This document shows positions 8,234-17,442 of a DNA stretch of 59,994 bases, one piece after another. The DNA is taken from IMG/VR virus record IMGVR_UViG_3300037459_000208, positions 1 to 59,994 of that record; one strand, written 5' to 3'. Under the pieces are notes generated by a model, which was not told the origin of the DNA, made no database searches, and worked only from the letters and a program-made list of their open reading frames with translations. How positions within the stretch are numbered: the first letter of the stretch is position 1; each line of letters starts with the position of its first letter. This DNA is from a virus. Its lineage: Duplodnaviria; Caudoviricetes. Position numbers and translations under genes: made by a program.

Positions 8234-8709
8234 GTTAGTCCTTTCTTCCAGTCTTTTGCCGAGACCTCGCAAACGGCGCCTTCGACCACCTCAAGTCGCA
8301 AATGCTCGTGGGTGTCGCGCGGAGCAGCTTGCACGAAGGCAGCGAGGGCGGCTTCTGCGGAGTCCGCGCCGTAGGTCAGGCCCCACCCCGTCAAACCCTT
8401 CTTCGACGCCTTGTCGATTCGTTTGCGGAGCTGTCGAAGGGATTCGACAGCCAAAACGATGCCATTGCTGCCAACAGGGAAGGTCATCCGGTCGGCGTGC
8501 CCAATTGGCTGCGCCAGCGACAAGAAGAAAAGCTCCGCCGCCGCGAGTAGTATGGTTTTGTTCTCCTTCTCGTTCCACCCTGGTGGATCCGGCGCCAGTT
8601 TCTCTTTCTCGATCATCGCGCCAAGGGCGAAATGGGCCGCCCTTCTCTCGTGCTCCGTCAACTTCAGAGGCTTAACGGCCCAAGTTGTTTCAACTTTATC
8701 ACTGCTCAT
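8230..8709 (-). CDS. Hypothetical protein
   Basis: ORF overlapping both neighbours. Confidence 0.7.
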   Translation of the reverse strand: MSSDKVETTWAVKPLKLTEHERRAAHFALGAMIEKEKLAPDPPGWNEKENKTILLAAAELFFLSLAQPIGHADRMTFPVGSNGIVLAVESLRQLRKRIDKASKKGLTGWGLTYGADSAEAALAAFVQAAPRDTHEHLRLEVVEGAVCEVSAKDWKKGLT

Positions 8710-8995
8710 TCGCTTCGATCTCCTCTTGTGGTTTGGTTGCGGTCATCCGGACCCCCTCGGAATCCGTCATATCCATCATGTTTCCGAAGGCACGAAGGGC
8801 GACCTCAACACGCTCGAGGAACGAGACAAGGTCTTGGGCGTGGATACTTGACAGCGGTTGCGCTTGTTCACCGGGCTTGCCGTCGGCCTGTCTCTTGAGG
8901 TGCGCAAGAACCTTGACAAGCTCGTCACCGTGGGCGATGAATGCCGAGGCGTCCTCCGGGTTCGCAGGCCCGTTAATGAACCTGTCCCAGCTCAT
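8699..8995 (-). CDS. Hypothetical protein
   Basis: ATG directly after the recT stop. Confidence 0.7.
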   Translation of the reverse strand: MSWDRFINGPANPEDASAFIAHGDELVKVLAHLKRQADGKPGEQAQPLSSIHAQDLVSFLERVEVALRAFGNMMDMTDSEGVRMTATKPQEEIEANEQ

Positions 8996-10018
8996 CTAAT
9001 CCGTCCCCTCTCGCTCCGCCGCCCTCGCTCCGCACTCCGGGGAGCAGACGTTCTCTTCGGAAGGCTTACCGCAGCCCTTACATCCACCAATTGAGATGCC
9101 TGCCTCGACGATCGCCTCCATCACGTTATCAAACTCGGAGGATAGAATCTCTCCGACTCTGTTCGGAACGTCCCACTCTTGCATCTCGAAGACGGACTTG
9201 AGACGGACCTTTCTATCCTTGCACGACTTGACGATTTTATCCCCTTGCTCCGGGGTGACAAGAGCCGGTTCCTCGGAGGGAGATTCAGCAGCGATGTCCG
9301 CTGCCAGAAGCGGGCGACCATCGGATTCATGAAGCGTCACGAGGTCTCCGGATTCCATCTGGTCGCTTGTCGCCATGGCGAAGCGGGACTGCTCATCGGT
9401 CGGCCAGGCCTCCCGGGCTCCGGCGTACGACCAAACCGTTTTCAGAGTCTGCTCTTCCGGCCACTTTGTCCACACCTTGTCAGTCTGCGCACAATCTCGG
9501 CGCTTCTTGATTTGATCCTTTCGAAGGATCCAATAGTCGGTTGTTCCATCAGGAGAGACTAGCCTCAGGTAGGCAAGGCGAATCGTTTTCCATGTCCCCT
9601 CTTTGTCAAAGCTGGGCCGATGGAATAATCGGGATTCCGACGGATCGTAATCGAATTCATCGTGATCATGGACCACGAAAGGACGGCCTTCGTAATCCGC
9701 CAGACGGGCAAGGCGATGGTATCCCCGTGAAGAAATTTGCCAATTGACTTCCAACACACCATCGTTCTTGCGGGGAATCAACCACACGTCGGGCCTTGGC
9801 CCACCTGGGTAAAGTCCGCTCATAGCGGAGAGGGCGATGGCGTAGCCGACCGACTGCTCGGAGCATTCGAAAAGTTGCGGGCTTCCGGCACCGAAGGCCA
9901 GCGCCATGTGCTTTTTGCTTTCCGTGATCGCCTTTTCTCCGACGATGAAGGGTAGCTCTTCGATGATGCGCAGCGCCGTGTCACGCCCGCGTTCGATCGG
10001 TTGCAGTTCACTTGCCAT
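8996..10018 (-). CDS. recT: RecT-family ssDNA annealing protein
   Basis: LFECSEQSV..AI..SAMSGLYP...VWLIPR...WQISSRGY...VWTKWPEEQTLKTV. Confidence 0.88.
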   Translation of the reverse strand: MASELQPIERGRDTALRIIEELPFIVGEKAITESKKHMALAFGAGSPQLFECSEQSVGYAIALSAMSGLYPGGPRPDVWLIPRKNDGVLEVNWQISSRGYHRLARLADYEGRPFVVHDHDEFDYDPSESRLFHRPSFDKEGTWKTIRLAYLRLVSPDGTTDYWILRKDQIKKRRDCAQTDKVWTKWPEEQTLKTVWSYAGAREAWPTDEQSRFAMATSDQMESGDLVTLHESDGRPLLAADIAAESPSEEPALVTPEQGDKIVKSCKDRKVRLKSVFEMQEWDVPNRVGEILSSEFDNVMEAIVEAGISIGGCKGCGKPSEENVCSPECGARAAEREGTD

Positions 10019-10527
10019 TATGCCGCCTCCTTTTCGCGGTCTGCTTTCTTCTTTTCGCTCGGGATAACGGACGGATCCTCCCACCATCCTACTGGCCATT
10101 CCCGGCGCTCGCTTTCGGAGAGGATAGCCAAGCTGAAGAGCTTGGCGTCACTGGCTGGGTAGTGGTCCAGGGCGAAGCTGTTCAACCCGACGAGAAAGTC
10201 TTTCGACAGGAAGGAAAGATCCATAATTGACGTCCTGGTCAACGGCCGAACCTCATATTTGGTGACGACCACGGTGCGAGGGAAAACCTCCACCACCTCG
10301 GGCTCGTATGCATCGGCGCTTTCTCCGTCTCCTGTGTTCTCTGGAAGGGTAACGGCGTAAAAACGCCGCCCGTATCGGTAGACCTGGGTCACAAAGTTGA
10401 CCCATCTCGGGGACGAGTCTACTTCCCTGGTTCCTTCCACCAGGTCCCATCCTTCGACGTATTCCAGCTCGAAAAATTCTTCACGGGTCAGCTTGGGAAT
10501 CGATTCGGTTTCCTGTGGTATCGACAT
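10018..10527 (-). CDS. Hypothetical protein
   Basis: RW...QVYRYGRRFYAV...TG...EVFPRTVVVTKY phage-type motif; AGGAG RBS. Confidence 0.7.
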   Translation of the reverse strand: MSIPQETESIPKLTREEFFELEYVEGWDLVEGTREVDSSPRWVNFVTQVYRYGRRFYAVTLPENTGDGESADAYEPEVVEVFPRTVVVTKYEVRPLTRTSIMDLSFLSKDFLVGLNSFALDHYPASDAKLFSLAILSESERREWPVGWWEDPSVIPSEKKKADREKEAA

Positions 10528-10549
10528 CGGTTTCTCCTTTTTTTACGGC

Positions 10550-11347
10550 TCAAAGAGCCCTGATTTCTTCGTCCATCCTATCGCAGAAAACGCCTGTCAT
10601 AAAGGCTTCCGCGATACCTTTCTGCGCCTCAGCGACTTGCGTTCGGGCCGCGGCGAAGTCCTGTCCAAAGAGGTATCGGACAACAACTTTGTGAGGACTC
10701 CGAGAGCTCACAATGATCAGGGCGATGATCGGGAAACGCCCCCACAGATCTTCGATTCCTTGACCATAAAGCGCCATCTGGATGTACGTTCCGAGTCGCT
10801 TGGCATGTCTCCTGACTTGCCATTCCTCGGTGACGTCGACATCCCACGCTTTCAGATCTTGGAGGATGACGGTCCCGTCATTCGCTTGCGCCACGAAGTC
10901 GGCGCGGAGCCGATAACAGATGCCATCGACCTGCCAATGGTGGCACACCTGGCGGAGACACGGTCGGTGGATGAGCTCTCGAGCTCGTGGATGTCGGTCG
11001 ACCGCGGCCGCCATCTTGCGAGCCTTGACGTACGCCGCGGGAGTCATCTTGTCTCGTCCGACGTGACTCTCCCTTTTCGAGTCGGTGACGACGAAGCGCG
11101 ATCGGAACTGCCCCGGCTCGGTCAGCATGCAATCGACCGCGGAGCCGAGCACCATCGCGGCGCTGGGCTTCCCGGCGGTGACGACGCGCCCCTGGGCGAT
11201 GTCCTTCCAGGCGTTCAGTATGTGGCGCTGGTACGCCTCCGGGCTCCGACAGTAGAGCTTCAGGGCGCCGGAGCCCGTCAGGAGACCGGAGGCATAGTAC
11301 TCCCCGGGGGACGGCTGCCACGGCGGCGGGTGGTCGTCCCAAATCAT
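10550..11347 (-). CDS. recE: RecE/exonuclease VIII-like PD-(D/E)XK nuclease
   Basis: YY...SGALKLYCRSPEAY...SAAMVLGSAVDCMLTEP...RLRADF...ILQDLK...YIQMALY; lies upstream of recT. Confidence 0.85.
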   Translation of the reverse strand: MIWDDHPPPWQPSPGEYYASGLLTGSGALKLYCRSPEAYQRHILNAWKDIAQGRVVTAGKPSAAMVLGSAVDCMLTEPGQFRSRFVVTDSKRESHVGRDKMTPAAYVKARKMAAAVDRHPRARELIHRPCLRQVCHHWQVDGICYRLRADFVAQANDGTVILQDLKAWDVDVTEEWQVRRHAKRLGTYIQMALYGQGIEDLWGRFPIIALIIVSSRSPHKVVVRYLFGQDFAAARTQVAEAQKGIAEAFMTGVFCDRMDEEIRAL

Positions 11348-11472
11348 CGGCGCCTGCCAAGTTCGATTGCCAGTGATGCACCGCAAAACCAGCACAGGGC
11401 GGCCGTTGTTCCAAGGAACAGCCACACCGGTAGAGTGATGGCGGCCAGGAGAAGTTTTTTCTTCGTGGTCAT
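11344..11472 (-). CDS. 42-aa membrane peptide (absent from the ORF track)
   Basis: GGAGG RBS; MTTKKKLLLAAITLPVWLFLGTTAALCWFCGASLAIELGRRR; ATGA overlap with recE. Confidence 0.6.
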   Translation of the reverse strand: MTTKKKLLLAAITLPVWLFLGTTAALCWFCGASLAIELGRRR

Positions 11473-11776
11473 CGGTGCCTCCGCCCTTCGCTGTCACCGA
11501 GCGTCGCCGTGGAGGTTGACCCACGCTTTCGCGAGGCCTTCGGTCTCAGCTTCCAGTCCGGCCCAGCTCACCGGTGCCTTCTCCCTTCGGGTGACGTGGC
11601 TCATGAGATCCCGGAGGACCTCCCGGTCAAACGGGAGGAAGGGGCGGCCCCCCGAAAGGGACCGCCTTGGGAGGGTGGCGTAGGACGCAGCCCCGAGCCG
11701 GATGGCGACTCTGGTCGAGTCGCCCGGCGCGCCGCCGATTGGCGACAAGGGTGCGCGGTAGGAATCGTAGTTTTCA

Positions 11777-12121
11777 TCAGCCGGACCCCTCGGGGCAACC
11801 TCCGGACGGCAGCAGGCCTCCATCAATGGCCTCTAAGTCGGTGATCACGACCCGGACGTAGGACCCTGGCACCAACTCTACAACTCCGTCGGAGCGATGG
11901 GCCTCACCGATGTCGAGGGTGTGCGAGTCGATCACGCGGGCGGGTAGGTCGAGTGCGCCTCGGTCCTGGAGCTCGGTCGCCCGCACACTCATGTGCCCCT
12001 TGAGCGTGTCGTTGACGTAGCGCCTGATGGATACCCCCCGGCTTCCCGCCTCGCGCCAGAGGTCCTCCTTCAGCGCCGCATCAATCCTCACGGTGGTGTC
12101 CTTGCCGCCGGCGTCCGCCAT
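11777..12121 (-). CDS. Protein with N-terminal ribbon-helix-helix domain
   Basis: TTVRIDAALKEDLWREAGSRGVSIRRYVNDTL; AAGGAG RBS. Confidence 0.75.
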   Translation of the reverse strand: MADAGGKDTTVRIDAALKEDLWREAGSRGVSIRRYVNDTLKGHMSVRATELQDRGALDLPARVIDSHTLDIGEAHRSDGVVELVPGSYVRVVITDLEAIDGGLLPSGGCPEGSG

Positions 12122-12154
12122 CTTCTTCTCCTTGAAAGTTCTTCTCGCGTGGGG

Positions 12155-12203
12155 TTGACTCCACTGGAAGCAAAGCGTACACTGCTTCCACTGCATCCGT
12201 CAA
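12155..12203. promoter_or_regulatory. Overlapping divergent promoters with palindromic operator
   Basis: Plus TTGACT-17-TACACT; minus TTGACG-18-TACGCT; TGGAAGCA-N10-TGCTTCCA centred on both -10 boxes. Confidence 0.75.
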
Positions 12204-12245
12204 GACTTTTCTCGACGGATCTTGAGAATCGACCAGGAGGACACC

Positions 12246-12473
12246 ATGGCAACCCAAGAAAACGAAGCCACCGCGCCAGTCACCCCTCATTCCACGGCGC
12301 TGGGAAATCTCTACGCCGCGAAGGCGGAATTCTCCGCACTCGCGACCGAGGCAGGCAGGACCCCGGAAGGACGGTGCTACCACATCGTCGTGACCGACCT
12401 TGAAAAACTCATCTTCGTGGCGGAGGGGTACTTCCGGCCCTCGCCCGACGCCTCGAACGAAGGGACACCATGA
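12246..12473 (+). CDS. Hypothetical protein
   Basis: AGGAGG RBS. Confidence 0.7.
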   Translation: MATQENEATAPVTPHSTALGNLYAAKAEFSALATEAGRTPEGRCYHIVVTDLEKLIFVAEGYFRPSPDASNEGTP

Positions 12474-12823
12474 TGTCCGACGACAAGATCGCCTCGCGGC
12501 GCAAGATCCACAGACTGGGGTTCATCCTGGCCCTTCTTGCCATCGGGCTGGGATCCGGGTTGGGATACGAGATCGGCTGGGGGTGGGGCCTCGTGGCGAC
12601 CAGTGCCCTGTTTTCGGCTTACTTCGCCATGGGGCTGGCAGTCGCCGTCGGTGGCGCGCTGGTGATCACGGCGTCCGAGGTAGAGAAGAAAGCCCGTCCA
12701 CAAGCCTTCGAGGCTGTGATCAAAACCATACAAGGCTTCACCGGAGAGCGGATCCGCCCGGACGATCTGGTTGCGGCCCTCCTGGAGCTTCAAGACACGG
12801 AGAACGACCATGATCCGACCTGA
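12470..12823 (+). CDS. Membrane protein
   Basis: 2-3 hydrophobic helices; ATGA coupling. Confidence 0.75.
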   Translation: MMSDDKIASRRKIHRLGFILALLAIGLGSGLGYEIGWGWGLVATSALFSAYFAMGLAVAVGGALVITASEVEKKARPQAFEAVIKTIQGFTGERIRPDDLVAALLELQDTENDHDPT

Positions 12824-12894
12824 GAACCTGAGAACCGTGAGCGCTGGAAGGCGATCACTGCCTGTCCAGTTGACCGCGCCAAGGAGTTAAGACA

Positions 12895-13212
12895 ATGACG
12901 CCATTTTCCGCCATTAAAGGCGGCGTTTTTGAAGCTCGCTTTCAAGACGCCCTGACCGAGATCATGGACGACATCTGCGACCCCAACAAGTCGATCGTCG
13001 ACTCCCGGGTGCTGACGATCAAGATCAAGGTCCAACCGACCGGGAGAGACGGAGCGAAGCTCATCCTCGATTCGGTCACCACAAAGCTTGGCAAGGTCGC
13101 CGAGTTGCCGACCGTGCCGATTCAAATCACGATGGAAGAAGGCGCCGCGGTCGCCTACGAAAAAAACTCAGAAGCGGATGGCCACGTCGGACTCCCCTTC
13201 CCTACGAACTAA
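12895..13212 (+). CDS. Conserved phage protein (small partner of a YfdP/YfdQ-like pair)
   Basis: GGVFEARFQDALTEIMDDICDPN...RVLTIKIKVQP...VTTKL. Confidence 0.75.
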   Translation: MTPFSAIKGGVFEARFQDALTEIMDDICDPNKSIVDSRVLTIKIKVQPTGRDGAKLILDSVTTKLGKVAELPTVPIQITMEEGAAVAYEKNSEADGHVGLPFPTN

Positions 13213-13224
13213 AAGGAAATTGAC

Positions 13225-13944
13225 ATGAACAAGGAAGCCCTCGAGTACCTACAAGAGAACCTCGGCTTTGCCCGCGGCTTTGACGATGACGAAAAGCGCG
13301 TCTACGACCGCCGTGTATACCGCGTTCCGCCGCCGGTGATCCCGCGCGTAAGCACGCGCACCGTCTCGACCCTGTCGAGCTTCGCTGGCTACGTCAGCGC
13401 TGATCCCGACGGCCTCGACTTGAAGAACTGGGGATGGATCCATGTTGAAAGTCCGTCCCGGGTTGCCCTGGTGGGATCGCCCGACGAGGTCCGCCAGCGG
13501 GAGATTCCCCTGACATGTGAGTGCCCCGTCCAGGACTTGACGGCACTGATTCGCTTCGATGATCCCTCCCTGATGATCCCTGCCGTGATCGCCATGCACA
13601 ACGCTGGCGACAAGGATGACCTCCTGAAAATGCTCGCCACCGTGACAAAGACGAACAGCGAGGTTCTGTTGGACGACATGGGATCCCAAACGAAGAAGGT
13701 CGAGAGAGGTGCCGGCCTGAAAGGGTGGGAGGCTCAAAAGAACCCTCTAAGCCTTGCCCCGTTTCGCACCTTCCCTGAGATTGAGCAGCCCGTAGGATTG
13801 TTTGTCGTTCGCTGGAACGCAGACGGCGAGGTGCAGCTGAAGGCCTCACCGGACGAGCGGTGGCGCGTCAATGCGGCCCAGAGGGTGAGGGCTTTTCTCC
13901 TGGCGCTCCTTGGGGACGATTGGGAGGCGAGGACTTTTGCATAA
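13225..13944 (+). CDS. Conserved phage protein (DUF2303/YfdQ-like)
   Basis: VSTLSSFAGYV...IHVESPSRV...NPLSLAPFRTFPEIEQP..FVVR. Confidence 0.75.
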   Translation: MNKEALEYLQENLGFARGFDDDEKRVYDRRVYRVPPPVIPRVSTRTVSTLSSFAGYVSADPDGLDLKNWGWIHVESPSRVALVGSPDEVRQREIPLTCECPVQDLTALIRFDDPSLMIPAVIAMHNAGDKDDLLKMLATVTKTNSEVLLDDMGSQTKKVERGAGLKGWEAQKNPLSLAPFRTFPEIEQPVGLFVVRWNADGEVQLKASPDERWRVNAAQRVRAFLLALLGDDWEARTFA

Positions 13945-14020
13945 GCCCGGCAAGAAGAAGGACGCCACGTTGCGCGCTGCCATCCTGGAGCAGCGCGTGA
14001 GCGCCGGGGAGTAGCGACAA

Positions 14021-14470
14021 GTGGGACTACGGAACGACATAGAGCAAGCTGCCGACTTAGTCAACGGGACCCGGTGCATGGTCCTCCAGGAGGCGGCCAA
14101 GCTCTGCGCCGGCTACGCGGGCACCAAGATCACCCCGGAGAGCTTGGCCGTCGAGCTCCTCGGGAACGCTCGCGGCGCAGAGCCGGAAGGCAGAGACCTT
14201 GAGCTCGACTGGGACTCAGCCCTAGCGCTCCAGGTCGACGGATGGAAGATGGCGAAATCCACAGAAGCGAAATCCACGGAGGCGAAGGAGTGGGCTCACC
14301 TCGGAGGCCAGGAAATGCTCCTGGAGGTCAGCGAAATCATCGGCGCACTCACCCCAATGTCTCAGGAGGAGACGATCATGGAGATCGTAAAAGAGCTCGG
14401 CCGGCTCCGCGACCCCGACGTCATGGTCCACGAGTGCGATCTGGACGACATGGGGCCAGGTCCCGAGTAA
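14021..14470 (+). CDS. Hypothetical protein
   Basis: 149-aa ORF with internal AKSTE duplication, followed by a terminator. Confidence 0.65.
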   Translation: MGLRNDIEQAADLVNGTRCMVLQEAAKLCAGYAGTKITPESLAVELLGNARGAEPEGRDLELDWDSALALQVDGWKMAKSTEAKSTEAKEWAHLGGQEMLLEVSEIIGALTPMSQEETIMEIVKELGRLRDPDVMVHECDLDDMGPGPE

Positions 14471-14480
14471 CGCTTTTTTC

Positions 14481-14520
14481 GGCCCGGCGGCGGCCCCTCC
14501 TGGCCGCCGGGCCTCTTTTT
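14481..14520 (+). terminator. Intrinsic terminator
   Basis: 11-bp stem GGCCCGGCGGC/GCCGCCGGGCC then TCTTTTT. Confidence 0.75.
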
Positions 14521-14531
14521 GGAGCTCAACG

Positions 14532-14777
14532 ATGAAAGACTTGATCCGGTGGGTGCTGGCCGAGGCCGCATGGGTCGCCGCCCTGACACTCGGGACGGTT
14601 TTCCCCATCCTCGGTTTTGCACACAACTTCCAACACCCGCACCTCACGCAGATGCAAGTCCTGCTCTCGGTCCCAGAATGGCACTGGTTCCCCTTCACCG
14701 CCTTCGTGGCGGCGGCGTGGGCGGTAGTCCTGCTCGTCCGGGCTCTGCGGACTCGCCCAGCGAAGACAGACGGATGA
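14532..14777 (+). CDS. Small membrane protein
   Basis: Two hydrophobic helices; GGAG RBS. Confidence 0.7.
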   Translation: MKDLIRWVLAEAAWVAALTLGTVFPILGFAHNFQHPHLTQMQVLLSVPEWHWFPFTAFVAAAWAVVLLVRALRTRPAKTDG

Positions 14778-16066
14778 GCTACGACCTGAGACCATACCAG
14801 CGAGCGGGCGCCGCCGCCGGCGTCCTCGCCCTCACCGACGGGCGGCCCAAGGATCACCCCTTGATCGTCATGCCGACCGGGTCCGGCAAGTCGCTCGTTG
14901 GGGCTGAGGTCATCTCTCAGCTACGGAACCATGGACCGTCGATCGTCCTACAGCCGAGCGGAGAAATCTTGCTCCAGAACCAGGCGAAGCTCCGAAGCTA
15001 CGGCATCGAGCCCGCGGTCTGGTCGGCGTCGATGTCCAGCAAAGAGACCGGCGACGGCGTGACGCTCGCCACGATCAAGTCCGTGGTCGAGCATACGGAG
15101 GCGTTCAGGCACATCAAGTTCGCGGTGGTCGACGAGTGCCACCTGGTCAACTCGGCACACAACCAAAGCACTGGCAAGCCCGGCCAGTACCGCCAGTTCT
15201 TCGACGCGCTCCCCGGAGTCCGCATCCTGGGCCTGACGGCGACGCCGTGGCGCATGGCCTCCAACAGCCACGGGACTGAGCAGAGATTCCTGACGCGGAC
15301 CCAGAAGAAGACCTTCAAGAGGGTGGTGCATTACACCCAGATCGGCGATCTTTTCCGGGACGGGTACCTTTGTCCCCTGAGGTACAAGTCCGTCGAGGTC
15401 TTCGAACCTGAGCAGCTGGAGCTCAACTCCGTGGCCTCCGATTTCACCGACACTTCAATTCAGCGCGCCCTCAGAGGATCCGACTTCAACCGTCGGCTGA
15501 TCAGCGGCATTCAGACGTTACTCGCCGCCGGACGAAAACACATCGCGGTGTTTACTCGATTCGTTCAGGGTGCAGGCGGGGCCAATGTCATCGCCGACGA
15601 ACTCGGCGAACCGGCGGGGGTTGTCCACGCCGGAATGCCGGCCGGGTTGCGGCGCCGGATCCTGGAAGGGTTTCAGGCTGGCGAGATCAAGGTCGTCGTC
15701 AACGTCGGGATCCTCGCCCTCGGCTTCGACTTCCCGGCCCTCGAGGCCGTGGTTGTCGGCGCGCCGACAATGTCACTCGGGAAGTGGTACCAGATGATCG
15801 GGCGGGTGGTGCGCACCCACCCGGGAAAGGAATTCGCCGAGGTCATCGACCTGTGCGGGAACCTGGAGAGGTTCGGCAAGATCGAGGACTTGGTCCTGAG
15901 GCCGGGGGGCGCGAAGGGGGACCTTTGGGCCTTCTGGTCGAAGGGCCGCGTTGACGCTGACGGGAGATCCCTGCCAGACCTCCAGATGACGAACATGAAC
16001 GTGCGGCCGCCGGACAACCCGGCGTCGAGGCGGGCGAAATACTGGGCGGGAAGGAATAGGCGATGA
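14774..16066 (+). CDS. Superfamily II DNA helicase (RadD/YejH-like)
   Basis: LRPYQ, PTGSGKS, VVDECH, GLTATP, GFDFP, QMIGRVVR. Confidence 0.95.
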   Translation: MSYDLRPYQRAGAAAGVLALTDGRPKDHPLIVMPTGSGKSLVGAEVISQLRNHGPSIVLQPSGEILLQNQAKLRSYGIEPAVWSASMSSKETGDGVTLATIKSVVEHTEAFRHIKFAVVDECHLVNSAHNQSTGKPGQYRQFFDALPGVRILGLTATPWRMASNSHGTEQRFLTRTQKKTFKRVVHYTQIGDLFRDGYLCPLRYKSVEVFEPEQLELNSVASDFTDTSIQRALRGSDFNRRLISGIQTLLAAGRKHIAVFTRFVQGAGGANVIADELGEPAGVVHAGMPAGLRRRILEGFQAGEIKVVVNVGILALGFDFPALEAVVVGAPTMSLGKWYQMIGRVVRTHPGKEFAEVIDLCGNLERFGKIEDLVLRPGGAKGDLWAFWSKGRVDADGRSLPDLQMTNMNVRPPDNPASRRAKYWAGRNRR

Positions 16067-16110
16067 GCGAAAAAACCACGATCGCCTGGACAGACCACAC
16101 TTTCACGTGA
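16063..16110 (+). pseudogene. Truncated 5' stub of a DUF5131 gene
   Basis: ATGA-coupled to the helicase; MSEKTTIAWTDHTFT* parallels MGQETNISWCDHTW at 16641. Confidence 0.8.
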
Positions 16111-16155
16111 TAGAGTGGACTGAACAAACCAAGTCCACTCTTTGGAGGAATACAA

Positions 16156-16641
16156 ATGGCTCAGACAAAAGCAGGCGCTATCAAGACGTCCGCAGGCAAG
16201 GCAGGGATTTCCGTCGCTCGATACATCCAGCGGTACGAGAGTGGTGAAAAGTGGTGCTACGCGTGCAAGAGCTGGCACTACATAGGAGCTTTCGGCAAGG
16301 ACACGACCAGGCATGACGGTAAGTCTCATCTATGCCTGAGTGCGAGGCGGTCGCGGGCGAAAGCGCTCTACCGGCCCAAACCCCCGGTCACGAAAGGAAG
16401 GGTTTACGTCGTTTTCCGGGAAGGGGACAGAAAGCAAGCCAGGCGCAGAGTCAACTACCTGGTGCAGGAGGGACTCATACCCCCGCCGTCTTCTCTGACT
16501 TGCTCCGACTGTGGTCAATCGTGGGAAAAAGGCCTACCCAGGCATGAGTACGACCACCACAATGGGTATGCTGCCGATCACCACGAAGACGTCGAGGCAG
16601 TGTGCTCGTCTTGTCACCACAACCGGCACCCGGTGAAATAA
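16156..16641 (+). CDS. HNH/Zn-finger homing-endonuclease-like protein
   Basis: KWCYACK...FGKD...DG...C N-terminal finger; ARRRVNYLV..G...CSDCG...HEYDH..GY...VEAVCSSCH..RH. Confidence 0.85.
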   Translation: MAQTKAGAIKTSAGKAGISVARYIQRYESGEKWCYACKSWHYIGAFGKDTTRHDGKSHLCLSARRSRAKALYRPKPPVTKGRVYVVFREGDRKQARRRVNYLVQEGLIPPPSSLTCSDCGQSWEKGLPRHEYDHHNGYAADHHEDVEAVCSSCHHNRHPVK

Positions 16642-17414
16642 TGGGTCAAGAAACAAACATCTCATGGTGCGATCATACTTGGAATCCGTGGATCGGGTGC
16701 CGCCACGTTTCCTCTGGCTGCGCGAACTGCTACATGTTCACGGGCATGAGGCGCAACGGTCGAGATCCTGCGCAGATCAGTAGGACGAAGACATGGGGGG
16801 ATCCGCGGAAATGGAACCACAAGGCGATGGCCGCCGGTGTAAGGCGCCGCGTCTTCACGTGCTCCTATTCCGACTTCTTCATCCACGATGCGGACCATTG
16901 GCGCCTCGAAGCTTGCCAGGCGATGGAATTTTGTCGCGCCCTGGACTTTCAGATCCTGACGAAACGTCCGGAGCGGTTCGGCGTCAACTTCTTGCCCGCC
17001 TCGAATTTCTGGCTCGGTGTTTCGGTCGAGAACAAGAAGCAGGGGCTGCCACGAATCGACATCCTACGGCGGACTCCGGCCGCGGTGCGCTTTCTGAGCA
17101 TTGAGCCGCTGCTCGAAGACCTCGGCGAAATCGACTTGACCGGGATCAACTGGATCATCATAGGCGGCGAGTCCGGTCCGGGAGCTCGACCAATGCGGAT
17201 CGCCTGGGCCGAGTCACTGATCGAGCAGGGCCGGGCGGCCGGGTGCCGCGTCTTCGTCAAGCAGACGGGAAGCGTCCTGGCGCGCAAGCGTAGGATGCGG
17301 GACTCGAAGGGCGCCAACCCGGCGGAGTGGCCGGCGTCCCTGTGCGTCCAGGAATCGCCCCGCGGTCACCCGTACTCGCTGCCACGCCAACCTGAACAGC
17401 TCTCGCTGCTATGA
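16641..17414 (+). CDS. DUF5131 (phage Gp37/Gp68) family protein
   Basis: WNPWIGCRHVSSGCANCY, VFTCSYSDFF, FQILTKRPER, RFLSIEPLL, WIIIGGESG, FVKQ. Confidence 0.95.
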   Translation: MGQETNISWCDHTWNPWIGCRHVSSGCANCYMFTGMRRNGRDPAQISRTKTWGDPRKWNHKAMAAGVRRRVFTCSYSDFFIHDADHWRLEACQAMEFCRALDFQILTKRPERFGVNFLPASNFWLGVSVENKKQGLPRIDILRRTPAAVRFLSIEPLLEDLGEIDLTGINWIIIGGESGPGARPMRIAWAESLIEQGRAAGCRVFVKQTGSVLARKRRMRDSKGANPAEWPASLCVQESPRGHPYSLPRQPEQLSLL

Positions 17415-17442
17415 GCAAAGCGCAGGACAAAGGAGGCCGACG

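Noticed and set aside
10397-11683. 428-aa plus-strand ORF, and similar long antisense ORFs such as 38753..39919 and 7626..8675
   Set aside because: Shadow ORFs opposite well-supported genes in high-GC DNA; no motifs.
14251-14286. 15-bp tandem duplication (AKSTE), and AEARD repeats near 37680
   Set aside because: In-frame low-complexity protein repeats with no further signal.
16110-16641. Group I intron or intein in DUF5131
   Set aside because: The downstream gene has its own complete N-terminus and there is no room for an intron core; the HNH fills the interval.
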